Source: Lama glama
Lineage: Eukaryota
Length of the DNA stretch: 64,000 bases
Assembly: GCA_028534125.1 (NCBI GenBank)
Contig: CM052817.1
Coordinates: 46,192,001-46,256,000 of the forward strand
Reading direction: 5' to 3'
Positions within the stretch are counted from its first letter, which is position 1. Each line of letters starts with the position of its first letter. Positions 14,601 to 27,386 of this stretch are shown here, one piece after another. The notes under the pieces are model-generated. The model was not told where the DNA came from and did not search any database. It was given only the letters and a program-made list of their open reading frames with translations. Made by a program: the position numbers and the translations under genes.

Positions 14601-16528
14601 TAGACTTATGCCAGGAAACACTAAAAGATGGAATGTGTTATAATTTCATCTACTTCAAACGTTATAAAAACATAATTATACAAAAAAGTCATTTGGGGAA
14701 AGAAGGTACAACAGCAAGCAGTTATAATTCCCTTTTTGTAAATTTACTTGCTCAGGCATGATTGAAATTATAGTATTTGCTCCCACCCCCATCATCCTCC
14801 AAAATGCTAATGAAGCACTCTTGAATATTGATGACCTAAGACTGTGTTCTCAAGAACTGAAGGGCAGACACAGGAAGGAGACAAAATGGGAAATGAAAGA
14901 AATTGATGAACCCCTTGGCCAGTTTGATTTAGTCAGAGATGCCGGTAACAGGTTCTCACATCTTTCCTAAATGACTCACCTCATTTAATGATTCACTGAT
15001 AGCTGCAAATGTAGTTCTGATGCAAGGGCTTACCTAGTAGGCTTTTTTTAGAGCCTTATTGTATATTGGAAAAAAACCAGAAGATGAAAAAATTTGCAGA
15101 AGATCTTATGTTTATGCATTTTCCTGCTTAAGTTCTGCTTACATATATAAATACTGCCATAAGAATGCCAGGGATTCCTTCCCACAAAATTAACTCTGTG
15201 AGAGTTATGGGATCACAACATTATTTTGTATAACCGTCCATAAACAGATGGCTTCCCATAAACTGTAATCTAAATTTCCATACAGTCTCACTCCATGGGT
15301 TTGATAATGTTAATACTTAATATTTCAAAGGTGAAAAAATTTGCATTTGTTGGTTTTCTATTTTGATTTACTTTTTGGTTTGGCATTCTAGGAATCTGAA
15401 TTTGTTGTTTAATTTCTATTCAATTGTGTTTACATTTTAGAAATATTTGTAGGTCACCAATATTTATAACTTTTTTAATTGAAGTATAGTCAGTTACAAT
15501 GTATCAACTTTTTAGGTTATCACCTCTCTAGTCTCTAGTCTCACTTCCTCTTTCTTTTCATCAGTAGGCAGCCCTTAATTAAGCCTTATTTTTTCTTCCT
15601 GAACTCTCCCAGCCTTTTAACACCTTTTTGAAGTGCTCAGGAAAAGCCTAGCTTTCTAGGTGCGGTCGCTGCAGTCATTGGGAGAAACCTTCACCTCCCT
15701 ACTCCTTGGTATGATGTAACCTGGGCATACTTTGTGAGATCATGCAGAAAGTGCTGATGTGCAATCCATCTGCATTAAATTCCTTCTGAAGGAGAAACAA
15801 AGCGAGTGAAGTGCCTTCTACTCAAAGGAAAGCGGAATGTAAAGCTTTGCTCAGAAGTGAATGAAAAGACATAACTTCCTGTAAGAGAAAGGCTTGTTAT
15901 CAGGCTACCGTTGTAAAAATATTCACGTTTGATCCTCTTTTAACCTGTCTTATGATCAAAATTATTTTGCTTATCTACACCACAATAGAAAAAAAAAGTC
16001 CATAGTTTTAGAATAGATCTAACAGAGAAATGGTAGATATTATTATTCTTTAATTTCATGTTTTACTTCCTTTAAAAACAAATTCTTAAATTATTATTTC
16101 ACAAATCAAACACTAAAATAAACACATAAGATGATATCCAATGATGTGTTTTGAGTTAGGGGTGAGGGTGGGGACAGAGATGGGCTGAGAATAGTCCCAC
16201 TTGCAACACAGGTATGGAAAATTGTCTCTCTTTTCTCACTATCAAATTTTAGAGCCAGAAGGACTTTGTAGAAAATGAAATCAAAGCCCAAAGAAATGAA
16301 GGGACCTGCACAAAACTTTTCAAGTTAGGTGGAGGAAATATGATTAAAGAGGAAGAACCTTAATATTCCCAAACTGGTGTTTCTACCAATGTTCCATTGT
16401 CTCTCTCTACATGTGAATCTTCTATCAAGTATTCAGAAATGGTAAAGGAAGTTTCCACAAGCTGTTGGCTGCTGAAAAAATTCCTGTGTCCAATTCTTCA
16501 GTTTCTATTTCAGAACCAATTGTAGAAC

Positions 16529-16538
16529 TTTATTTATT
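16529..16538 (-). terminator. Candidate EPGN poly(A) signal (overlapping AATAAATAAA)
   Basis: Two overlapping AATAAA hexamers about 0.8 kb after the EPGN stop. A longer UTR is also possible. Confidence 0.4.
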
Positions 16539-17345
16539 AGTAGAATTTTAGAATTTCAGTGCAAATAGATAGTCGTCAGGTAATTCCACTAACAGTGGGA
16601 GAAAGTGATGAACATAAACATTCGAGGACCAGTGAGTCCGACAGAAAGCTTTATAATCCATGTAAAAACAGAAATGTTTTGCCTACTCAGGGCTCAATAT
16701 CCATATAGCTTTCAGTCATTAGAAACTTTTTAGCTTATTCCATATTTCACAGTGTTATCACCAGCTGGATATGATTTATGTTTGCCTTGGACATTCAATT
16801 TTCTTTTCCTTGGCTAAACTTCAGGCACACGTTTGTTCCCTGGAGGTGCTATAATACTGATTTTGTCCTAATAGTTGACATCACATTCTTTTAGACATCA
16901 TGAAAGCAGCATATTTGGGATTCAGTCCGTAGAACAGTGGTCCAGAATAATGGTGGCGAGCACAATGAAGAACCCAAGCTTGGCATTGCTGTGACTTGCT
17001 GCAAGGTTGATAATTGTTCCCATGAAAATTCACATCTGACATGGTTCGAAGCATAAAACTCAGTCTCTCTGCAGTAAGAGCAATAACCACACAACAGCAG
17101 AAAACCCAGAGTAGGTCTCTGGACTTGACTTCTGTCACTGTAGCTTGCTCCCTTGGCTCCCATGGCACCCTCACGATGGCCAAGTCTGAGGACCAACGTT
17201 GACATTTACTCTCCCGTTTCATCATGATCCCAACTTCTATTATTTTCAAGTCTAGTCAGCTTGGTAAGTTGTGTTGTTTCACTTGAAGATTTCAGTCTTG
17301 GGCCCACTGATTTTTTCAAATGCCTCATGAAAATTTCTTACAGTC

Positions 17346-17400
17346 TCACAGTGGTCTTCCTCTGGAACAGACCTTAAAAGGTGGTTTCAATTTTAGACAC
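17346..17400 (-). CDS. EPGN: EPGN exon 5 coding part (cytoplasmic tail and stop)
   Basis: ctctgttctag| acceptor. Encodes CLKLKPPFKVCSRGRPL* (TGA at 17348-17346). Total CDS 43+90+121+153+55 = 462 nt = 153 aa plus stop, uninterrupted. Confidence 0.93.
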
Positions 17401-17477
17401 CTAGAACAGAGCATTGGTTTCCGTGTGAATTTGACTGCTGTTTTTATAGCTCATTGAGAATTATATAAACGCTCTGG

Positions 17478-17932
17478 TGTAGCAGTTGCCCTTGCACCAC
17501 CTGTATCCCCTTTACCCGCTGGTGGACCACCCCCCAGCAGCTGTGGGTGCTAATAGGCTCACAGCACCATCCTTCCCTAGAGGATTGTTTTGGCCAAACA
17601 GAGGACTTCCCCTGAAGATTCCTAGGGGATTCCAGGCCTCTACCCCTTGCCCCACCAGGAGCATCCTAACATCCATGCTTGATGACACTGGGTATTGAAA
17701 CCAAAATCCCTTACCTTCTTGGGATGGGTCTGCAGAGCCATTCATGTCTTTTCCTGTGGAATCAGCTTGAGGCTAGACTTCAGCTAAAGCCGCATCTTAG
17801 CTGACCTCCTTCCTCTGCTCTAGCTTTCCTGCTTCATTACAGATATGTCTCCTTAGACTGCTCCCTTGACCAGTCACTCACATAAGAGGTCCTGTCTTAG
17901 GTTCTGCTTCTTAGGGAGCCTGACCTCAGACA
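17478..17932 (+). mobile_element. LTR16-like ERVL solo LTR in EPGN intron 4
   Basis: TG...CA ends. The 3' end ggttctgcttcttagggagcctgacctcagaca resembles LTR16. GC-rich block in an AT-rich intron. Confidence 0.65.
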
Positions 17933-18810
17933 GCTGTCTTGTTAGCATTAAAAGGTCTTACCTTTTTGTTTTTTTTCCTTTCTTGGTCTCTTAAGCAATT
18001 GAGATAACAGATCTTATATCAATTGGTTCACCATTGATAGATTTTATTCTAAGATGCAATTGTTAAGCAAACAATTTTTTTTTATTTTGTAGCCATGTTT
18101 GGTCATTTAAAAGAATGACAAATTAGTTAATAACGTACAGCAAGGGAAATGTATTTATACCTTTTTCTTTAATGTGCCTCATGTTATTTCTTGACTGTTT
18201 CCTACTTACATGGAAATTAAGGAAAAATGACCAGTGTGGAAAAGCCAGAAATAATAATTAACAATTAATACATGAGTAATTTATACTTAGTGGCTTAGGC
18301 TTATCTTCTTAGGTTTTTAGCAATAGACAATGTCTCCTGAATGTACCCTCATTGGTGTCTGGGGGTAAATGGCCCAAGTTTGTCATGCATTTGCATTCAT
18401 TTAATACTCATTTCTTGATTTGTTCATTCAACAAATATTTACTGAGTGTTTATAGTGTGCCGGACGTAGTATTTGGCACTGAATTTAATTGTGCACAAAA
18501 CACATTTAATTTTTACCCTTGTGGGCCAACTGTCCTCCTCATTTATAACTTTGATGTAGGCAGACAGAGTTGAGGATGAAGGGAAATTATAAATTGGAAC
18601 TACCCTTTGGCAACTGAAGGTAAATTTTTACCTCTTGTCTGGATTTATGAGAAAAGACATCGAAACAAATATGTAGGAACTTGCCAGATTTATAGTCATA
18701 TTTTCGCTAAAAAAAATTAATACATGTCAATGCCTGGTACATGGTAGGGGCTCAACACATTTGTCCAAGGAACGAGTGCCCAGTGACTTCATACTTTATC
18801 TTTTTCATAC

Positions 18811-18963
18811 CTCTTTCTTATGTAGCAGTAAAAAATAACAAGAAAACCACTTAATAATAGTCCAACGCCAATCCCAATTGCAATGTATTTTTCATAAGAA
18901 TCCACAGCATATGATGTTAAGGTCAAGTGCTCACACCTTTCTCCAGTATAACCAGTAAAACAC
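18811..18963 (-). CDS. EPGN: EPGN exon 4 (EGF Cys5-6, juxtamembrane stalk, transmembrane helix)
   Basis: tttttttaaag| acceptor, AGAG|gtatga donor, 153 nt. Encodes [50 protein letters not shown](R). With exon 3 it completes the CX7CX4CX10CXCX8C EGFR-ligand motif. Confidence 0.97.
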
Positions 18964-19384
18964 CTTTAAAAAAAGAAAATAATGTATAATTTTAAAACTC
19001 AGGATGACAGAAACACAAATGACCAATTTCAAAGAATGAAAAAAAAATTTAATGAAAAGTAAGTGATTTAAATTAAAGAGGCAGACACCAGTTGAAAGCC
19101 AATCTATGAAAGGTACTGAGGAAGCTATGTATTTTATAAAAATCATTTGATTAAAACCCCATAGTAATGCAACTTCTGCCATTGGTAGTAGGGAAAGGTA
19201 GTTTGCGTGCATGAGTTGATCTAGAAAATTGTTAACCTGATCTTTCATAGGAGGATGCTGAGCAAACTGATGATCATAGAGATAATATCTCAGTTGATCC
19301 GGAACTTCATATTCCTGAAGTGGTTTTGCCATAGTCTGTTTCATTTCATCCTATAATCAACCCATGAAAACTCATAGTCATCTT

Positions 19385-19512
19385 TGCATGTTGTTAAAAT
19401 GTAGATTTGGATTCCGTAGTTTCGAGGTGGAGCATGAGTTTCTGCATTTCTAACAGGATCCCAAGTTACACAGATGATACTAATCTAGGAACCATATTTT
19501 TGAGTAATAAGG
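19385..19512. mobile_element. MER5A-like fragment in EPGN intron 3
   Basis: ttgttaaaatgtagatt...tctgcatttctaacagg...ggaaccatatttttgagtaataagg. Confidence 0.55.
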
Positions 19513-19702
19513 ATTAGGTAGGTCAGAAAAAGACTCCTTAGATATTCTAATACAAAGAGGATTGGTGAATCATGTTCAAATTGTGTACCCTTTTTGCTAG
19601 ATGATACAGAGGTATGTGGAAACACACCATGTGAAATACCATGTGGAAGGAGGCATACATTATCCTCCCATCTCTAGGACTTGGGAAGTGCTCTGCAATT
19701 AC

Positions 19703-19823
19703 CTGCAGATGGCTTTCTCCAGCTCGTGGTGGAATGCACAAACACCATTGATGCAGTAACTGTGGTGGTCTTCCAAGCAGTGACGTGAGAACTTCAAGGC
19801 AATGGGTCCTTCTGTGTAGTCAG
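19703..19823 (-). CDS. EPGN: EPGN exon 3 (EGF domain, Cys1-4)
   Basis: cttttctag| acceptor, GCAG|gtaatt donor, 121 nt. Encodes (A)[39 protein letters not shown](R). Confidence 0.97.
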
Positions 19824-22564
19824 CTAGAAAAGGAGATACAATTTTAACTGATGAGGTGGGTCACACTTTTATAGTAGATTTGTAACACATATGTAAAAAG
19901 ACGTTTAGTTTTAAGAATATTTGTGAGCCATGTGAACTATTGATTAATTCCTTTGGCGGGTTGGGTTAATATCATCTAGACATATCACTGATTAATTAGG
20001 AGGTAGAAGTGGATTGATCATACCATTCTTTAGAAACTAAATAATAAGGTATGGATACAAGTTTGCCAAAAGGTGGCAGCATTGCTTCTAGTCCTAGCAT
20101 GCTGTCCTGAGCAAGGCTTCCCAAGTGTTGCCTGATGCTAATAAATACAGAAGCTTTTACAGTTTTTTTCTTTCTCCCCTTTACACCCTAGAAGTCAGCA
20201 CTTAGGAAGGTTTGGATTTATGCTTGTGAGAAAATGAACTTGATTTCTCTACACTCCCCAGAGAAGCATGAGACGAGACCCCCTTTCCCTTTATGGTAAC
20301 TACCTTAAGTAGTTAATGGTGGAGGGAACATTTTCCCTAACTGATTTCAGAAGAGCTATTGTTACGACCTATCCAGGAAGACAGAAACAACTCATGGCTC
20401 AGGCTTAGCACAGCTAAGACAATACCTTTGAATGTTAATTAGAAAATTTACTCAGTTAAGAGGCATTATGAGATCCTGGGAAAAGCCATGCAGTTGGAAT
20501 TAGAAAATCTGGGTTTTGATTTCTAGTGCTAACACTATGCAAGTCACCACACTTGTCAAAACTTTTGTGGTTAAGTGTCCAGAAGCCTCTTTATGGCCAA
20601 TTTCCCTTTGGGAAGCTGTACTGTGGCAAAATATATGTATTTCAGGATGCTTACTCTTCATTGCTAGATGTACTAAAGACATATACCTATCCTGTCCTTG
20701 ACATGCAGTGGGAATGACACTTGGGTCAAACTACATGATTGAGTCCTTCGTGGTATACTTTAACTACTGATTCTTAAATTCTTCTCGAGAAGAATTAGTG
20801 ACATTTTATTTGTCATTGTCATGAATAAACAGATTTCCTCATCCATAGTTATCATGTTACCCCCTACGTGCCTCGCTAAGTAGATTAAGAGAATACTACT
20901 CATTTGTTTTTAGGAAAAAAGATCCAAAAAGGCATATTTTTTATATTGAAAATTCTTAATCTTTTAGACACGAAGAACAACAAGATACTGTGTTGTATAA
21001 CTTCATTTTGGCTGAGAACACACATTACCTTAAAAATCACATTCATTTTGTTGACTGTGGTATAGTAAATCTAATTTCTTATCTTAATAATTAATTCTAA
21101 GTCAGTGAGAATTCCCATTATAAACTGTGCTAGGTTCTTTCTACCTCAAGATTAAGTAAGTTCAATTAACCAAGCCTGAACCAGGACTTCCTAGAAAATG
21201 TGAGAATTGAAAGAAGACATTTCCAAAGAAAGAGTATACTAGAGACTTGTCTTTCCCCTAATGGGAATAATATTAGTTATAACTTCATGAAGAATTTTGT
21301 AATATACTGGATTCAGATTTTAAGTTAAATAAAATGCAGGTAAAATCTAAAATCCTCCCATTAAGAAAGCAAAGGAAAACCACTGAGATAATATATTCAT
21401 AATCCCTTTTTTCCATTATTATTTCCTGTAATTTGGAGAATTTTACTTGCACTTCACTATTAGGGAAGAAAAAAGGTGATGATGGGCACACTGTTACATT
21501 ACTGAGAGGAAACTGTACTTTAATTTTCTACAGTATCATCTGCCAACAAAGATGCTTTCTCTTTGTTTAAAAGTTCAAAAGACATGAAGGATTTGGCTAA
21601 AAGTTATCCTAACACACAAATTTTATTTTGCAGATTGATATATATTCAAAAACTCAAATGAGCAAAATATCTTAAGTAAATTTTTTAAACTTAAAATTAT
21701 TGGTGCAATGAAGAATAATTAAAATATTGCGATTTTTCATGTTCAGAAACATTATATTTGACTTTATCTTCCTGTATTTGCCTGGCTCTGAGAGCAATAT
21801 ATAGTGTTAAGGTGTTTTCTCTGTCCTAAGTCAAAGGGCCAGTTTTCATATCGGGGGATGGTATGTGATTTGCTTGAGAATCACAACTACCTGATACACA
21901 GGTGTTGGCAGGTAACAAGCTTTCCAAGTTCACCTCTAAGAGTTTAAACAGTCTGGAAAAATGCTAATACTCTACAGTGGCCAGAAGATATTCTAATCAT
22001 AATAATAAAACAGGAAAGAAAATATATCATCACCATCAACAACAAAAATTGGGTACACGTGGTTAGGAAATATAGCACCTACTAAAGCAACAAAAAAAGT
22101 TCCCCAAAACAAACAAGAAAGAAGATTTTCCCAAAGATGAAGGAAAGTGGATGAAGGCTTCATCTTGTGGCCATAATTTCTTCAGCTGCAAAGCTCATAA
22201 TCACAGATCAAAATAAGAAGTCACTCATCAAGAATGCTGAAATGGGGACAGACCGACTCTGGATGCAATGGGTTATTGGGAACCCAGCAGGAATCAAGCA
22301 GAAGGTGTTGCAAGTTTCGTGTCCAGGACAGTGACTGAAGACAACTTTGTTTCTCTCGTTTGCTTCACTTCTTTCTTTTCAAAAGGCAGTTCTTTGCTGA
22401 CACATTTACCTGTCACTTCCATTTAACAGCATCCTAATAAATTATTATCTAATAATAAAATATATATTTAAAAATTTCCAGCGTTGCTTTTACCACAATC
22501 CAAACTTCTCTCAAATGTTAAAAAGAAAAAAGTCTCTTGAGATACATAAGTGTGAAGAAAATAC

Positions 22565-22654
22565 CTTCAGTTGTGTTAACTGTCCAGTTACTTTGCTGGG
22601 TTGTGGTTGGGGCTGTTACAGTCATGGCTGCCTCTTCAGTCAGGGCTGTCATTG
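22565..22654 (-). CDS. EPGN: EPGN exon 2
   Basis: atacag| acceptor, GAAG|gtattt donor, 90 nt. Encodes (A)[29 protein letters not shown], with two N-glycosylation sequons (NWT, NTT). Confidence 0.95.
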
Positions 22655-23183
22655 CTGTATGGAGGGGAGGGAAAGGCGTCTTTAGCAGGTGAGCCTCCTT
22701 CTACGTACAGGCAGCAGATTGAGAGTTACTCTGTTTATTCCCATGTCTATTCTGTTTTTAATTCATTTACATTTGAAATCCATAACCGGACTGGGGCAAT
22801 ATCCTGACGGTTTCTTATCCATTCCAGTTCTACTGACTACATTATAATTACAGAAGATAGAAGCACATTAATTTTAAGAGAACGTACATTTATAAACTAA
22901 TCCTATCACAAAGATGCTATTATATCATAGTTAAAATATATCGACTACTCTTCAATTGTATAAAGTAAGCATTTTCAAGATCTCAGAAAAAGAGGTATCA
23001 AAATATTTAAGGAGAGGAACATACATTACATAAGAAACTAAACTGATTCCCAGACTCCTTGTTTGGATCTTTGTCCTGAAGAACAACTGCTGAAAAGCCA
23101 GCTCCTCACTAATTCGGAGAAAACAAATCCCATTCACACTTTACACTGACAGAGAATTAACGAATCAAAAAGAAATGACCTAC

Positions 23184-23226
23184 CATTGAACAAGAAGCAG
23201 ACTGTCATTGGAACTCCGAAGGCCAT
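23184..23226 (-). CDS. EPGN: EPGN exon 1 coding part (signal peptide start)
   Basis: gggaaATGG Kozak context. Encodes MAFGVPMTVCFLFN plus 1 nt, then AATG|gtaggt donor. 43 nt. Confidence 0.93.
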
Positions 23227-23288
23227 TTCCCACACTTGTTAAGAGTATTTGCTCTTATCCTCCTAGACTGACGGCTGGAAGGTTTTTG

Positions 23289-23405
23289 TTGAGCTCTCTG
23301 AGGCTTTCCTGCATTTATATTTCACGAAGCGTCATCTGGCAGGTCTTACCAATCAAAAAAATATGTACTTCTGGCAGCAGCACGAAGCCTCGAGGTGCTC
23401 GCGCA
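23289..23405 (-). promoter_or_regulatory. EPGN: EPGN core promoter: TATA box and CRE half-site
   Basis: TATAAA on minus at 23319-23314, about 90 nt upstream of the ATG, predicts a TSS near 23289. TGACG at 23334-23330. Small CpG cluster at 23320-23405. Confidence 0.7.
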
Positions 23406-25614
23406 CTTGCTGAGGATACCTGTGTTATCTAGCACTGTGATCAAGTTTTGTTTTGAAACACTGGTTTCCTGTGACCTGTGGGCATAATCATGTTTGTAAA
23501 AGTACTTAAAACCACAAAAAAGAATCAGAATTCAGGAAAGGCCTCCTTGCTGTGAACTTAGAACCAGACCAGCTCCAAAGTTGCTAGTGACCTATGTAGG
23601 ATTCAAACACGGGGCAGTTTTGGTGTTTCCAAACTAGGACAAAGCTTAACCTGTTAGTGAAAGAAATATCCCTGAAAATGCATTTACTGAAATACTTTTC
23701 AGTACTGATGGGGTTCCCCTGCAAATCGAGATATTTTGTAAGTTAGTGGCAGGGGAGAACAATTAAATTTGTGTAAAAATAGAGGTTTAATACTCCATTT
23801 GAATTTTTGCTATTTAGTTTTACTATTTTAGGTCTGTAAAAATAATTATTTTTAAGAGTATAACATTTACCTTTATATCATTCTTCTATTAATCTTATTT
23901 TAAGAAGATGGAATGGGTTACTAAGTTCCAGGAATTACAGTTCTTAAGAATGTGCCCCCAGTAATTAGGCTGGAGAGAACCAGTAAAGCACTAAGATATT
24001 ACTACCACCACCACCACCTCTGTTAAGGTGAAGTTAAAATTAAATTAAGGTTTGGTGCATCTAATGAATAGAAAGTTTAAGTTTAATACAAATTCAAGAT
24101 TTTCTCTTAATCTACTTAAGATTATTAAGGTGCCATTTTTTAAGGCCAAACCATGTAATTATTGCTATTACATTTTGTGACTACAGGAGCATCTATAAAT
24201 TTTCACTTGCCCCAAATTATTATAAATAATTTATAAATATGTTTTACTGAGAGATTGCTTCTTTCTACCAGGAATGTCAATTGCTCATATTTTCTGTACC
24301 TTTAAAACCTGTTTAAGTCAAGATAGGTTGTCATTTGCATCATGTCCACCCAGCAAATTCAATTTACCAGAAAGGAGCCATTTCACTAAGAGATGAATTT
24401 GGCTTTAGAAATCACACAAGAATGAGCTTGTCGAACTCATTAAACTTGGGCAATCACTTAACCACAGGAGTCATCCTGTTAAAGTTAAAAGAACTTGGCT
24501 CACTTTATATGTGCCTACATTCTGTATTTCCACTTTTGTGGGGTTTTTGAACTGTTTGTTATTAAAACAATTTCTGAATACTATTTTTCCCAGGCAAATA
24601 TTTGAATTATAAATCAAATAATCATCTTCTGTCCCACTGGTGAGAATTTAAGAAGAAATCATTTAAAGAATTAAATAAACCACAACCAATTGCAGTTGCA
24701 GGAGGAAGATGCTAAGACTAATGTTAAATATCTTTATGTCTAAGACTGGGACGTAGCACAACAGCCAGCTTTGTAATAACTGTCAACTGCTGCTTGCACA
24801 GTGCTTGGCATTTTGCAGAAGGGTCTCATGCACATCCCAATTCTGTCTTCAGTAGTTCTGGCCCCATCAAATCCAGTGCCTAATATATAGCGTACACTCA
24901 ATGAATCTGTCTTGCGTGAATAAAGAAGTAAACAATGGGCCTGATTTCTATTCCTATATGGCAAATAAGGAATGAAGACTTAAAAAGAATAAAGTGAACT
25001 TGCCAGAGGACACGTCCTCGAGTCAGGACTTGAATTCATGTTCAGATTCTGGATCGTATGCCCTTTCTACTTCCCCAGCTTTGTCCTCTGGTAGGAGTCA
25101 GTTTACTGATCTCAGTGGGATTCTCCTAATTATCTCCTAAACTCAAGCTTTCAGTAAATTAAGTCTATTATAAGAATCTAAATGTTAAATGAACTGTGGC
25201 CTTTGCATGCATGTAGGCTGAGAGAAGTGGACCCCTGTCTCCCTAGATGTCTCTCCACTCTGGTGCATTGGGTCACATAATGTAGAAACTCGTCTGCCAC
25301 TGGAGTTTGAGGTTCATACCAGAAAATAGCTCTCATCATCCCACGAGCTTCTCTTCCCCTGGACTCATCCTGCTGGATCCAACTTACACTCTGTAGGAGG
25401 GTCTCCTGCCTTCCTGTCCTCAGTCCTCTCATCACGGAGTCCTTCCCTAATCCTGTAGAATGGGGGAGGTGGGCATGTGGCTTCACTGATATTTGCATTC
25501 GTTCCTAACACTTGTTAAAGTGAGAAAGAAGGCTAAGAGCTGCAGCACTGCACTATCATTTTTTCTGTCTTTAATTTATTCATCTCTCCCTGGTTATAAG
25601 CATCTCTGCAAGTA

Positions 25615-25745
25615 TCTTCTCTTCCCTTCTCTCCCCTTAAGTTTATTTTTTCCTTCCTTTCTCCTTCTCCCTCCTCTTCCTTTTCTTTCTTTTACTCTCC
25701 CTCCCTCTCTTCCTTTCTTTTTTTTGTCTTTATTTCTTGCTCTTT
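25615..25745. repeat. CT-rich low-complexity polypyrimidine tract
   Basis: About 130 nt made almost entirely of C/T, between MTHFD2L and EPGN. Confidence 0.85.
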
Positions 25746-27078
25746 CACAAACAACCAAAATTTGTTGCTGGACATTGGCAGGAAATGGTCTTCAGCCCAT
25801 TGCTTCTCTCTCTCTAAACTTACTCTGTAATGCTTGTGGATTCAGTTGCCATCCATTCATTCATAAGATATTGACTACCTATAATATCCATGGCACTAGG
25901 CTGGGTGTATTGTTTGCAAGACAAACAGACAAATCATGCGTGGACTCTGACCTCGAGGAATTCGGGGTGTAAGGAAAGTACATATATAAATGCAGTGCTG
26001 GGTAGAGAAGAATGACTATCATGAATGTGTGCAAACTGCTATGAGAGCTTGAGGGTGGGACTCAGTCAAACTCTCACATCATTTTTCATGGATAACTTTC
26101 ATTGAAGTGAATCTGAAATAGTGAGTAGAATTTAGAAATCCAGTGGTAAGAGAAAGGATTCCAGGTGGGGGTGGGCCAGGCACTGAGGGGAGGCAGAGTG
26201 ATATAGTGAAAAGAGAGTGGGTTCTGGCTCCCATCATCCTAAAAGACTTTTTTTTGAATTCTAGTTTGACCTTTATTCTCCATTTGACCTCGACTGAAAC
26301 TTTTTAATAATTATGTGTCGATTTCCTCACGTATCAAATGAGGATTGTTAATAACAGCAACAACAACAAAAAGAACTCATTTAGACCATGATAGGTGCTC
26401 AGTTAAGGACAGCTATTATTAATGGACAAGTGTAAAAAGACACAGGGTGTGTACAATGGGCAGCAAACAGGTCAGGAATTTACTGGTTAATACATGCTGA
26501 TGAGTCTTAATTTTCATCACTAGCCATGAATTCTTATTCTGATCTCAGACTGACATTACATCAGGACTTTAATCTATGAATTATGTCATCACCTCAAACT
26601 CAACATGTCTTAAACTGAACATATTATCTCTTCTCCAAAATCAGCTCCTCTTTACAACTTCCTCCTGTTAATCAGTGATAACATCCTCAAGGCTGTAACT
26701 GCAGCTCTCATCACTGACTAAATGTAGTCTAAATTCTGATTTATCCAGGATTTCTCTAACATGTTCTGTTATTATTCTATTATCCAGCTGTATTTCCACC
26801 ACTCTCCAACACTTTTCATTTTAGTATGAATGTAACCCTTGCTTTTATATATAAAAATACACACATATATGCGGAACTCTTTCTCACCTCCATATCCTCA
26901 TATTATTCAATCCCCATTAATTCTTCAGGGTCCTTTTTACACATACTTGTAGAAGAAGGGTACTTACTTCTTCAAAGCTCCTCAACCAGGCAATGGTATG
27001 TCTATGTTTTATGGACCCCCCCCCAAGTATGTATAAATGAAGTCGTGGTACCGATGAACCAACTTTATTTCCTTTATA

Positions 27079-27386
27079 TGTTGGCAAAGGCTTCCTTCTT
27101 GGCCAGGCTTTACTTAGGCTCTTTTGAGTCCCTTTCTCAACTAGGCATGGACTTAGCCTGCCTGCAGAGCCCAGTTTTAGCAAAGAAGTTTGCTCAGTTA
27201 GTTTATGGAGAATCCCCCTGGCTCTGTCATATCTGATCAAGTTCCTCATCTCCTACCCTTGATAGCTGGCCTAACCTTATCAAGAATCGTGGTAAGCTAG
27301 TTTCACAAGAATCCCTCTACCTTTGACATCTAATCAAATTCCTCTTAGTTTTCCATACATTGATTACCTCACTCTGCTCATTGGCT
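27079..27386 (+). mobile_element. MER31-like LTR, cut off by the assembly gap
   Basis: Internal repeat units agaatccc(c)...tct(g/a)atcaa(g/a)ttcctc, characteristic of MER31 as recalled. Confidence 0.65.

Noticed and set aside
12295..14980. Scattered AP-1 heptamers (TGA[G/C]TCA near 12295, 14440, 14972)
   Set aside because: Not dense enough to call an enhancer without chromatin or conservation data.
16881..17249. 122-aa and 104-aa minus-strand ORFs just after the EPGN stop
   Set aside because: They lie in the EPGN 3' UTR, have no recognisable domain, and the longer one is called from a non-ATG start. Consistent with chance.
18931..19344. 137-aa minus-strand ORF in EPGN intron 3
   Set aside because: Overlaps exon 4 in the wrong frame, with low-complexity F/L-rich intronic translation.
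25493..25972. 159-aa ORF, the longest in the window
   Set aside because: Product of the CT-rich tract (L/F/S/P-rich) plus an L2-like fragment. Not protein-like.
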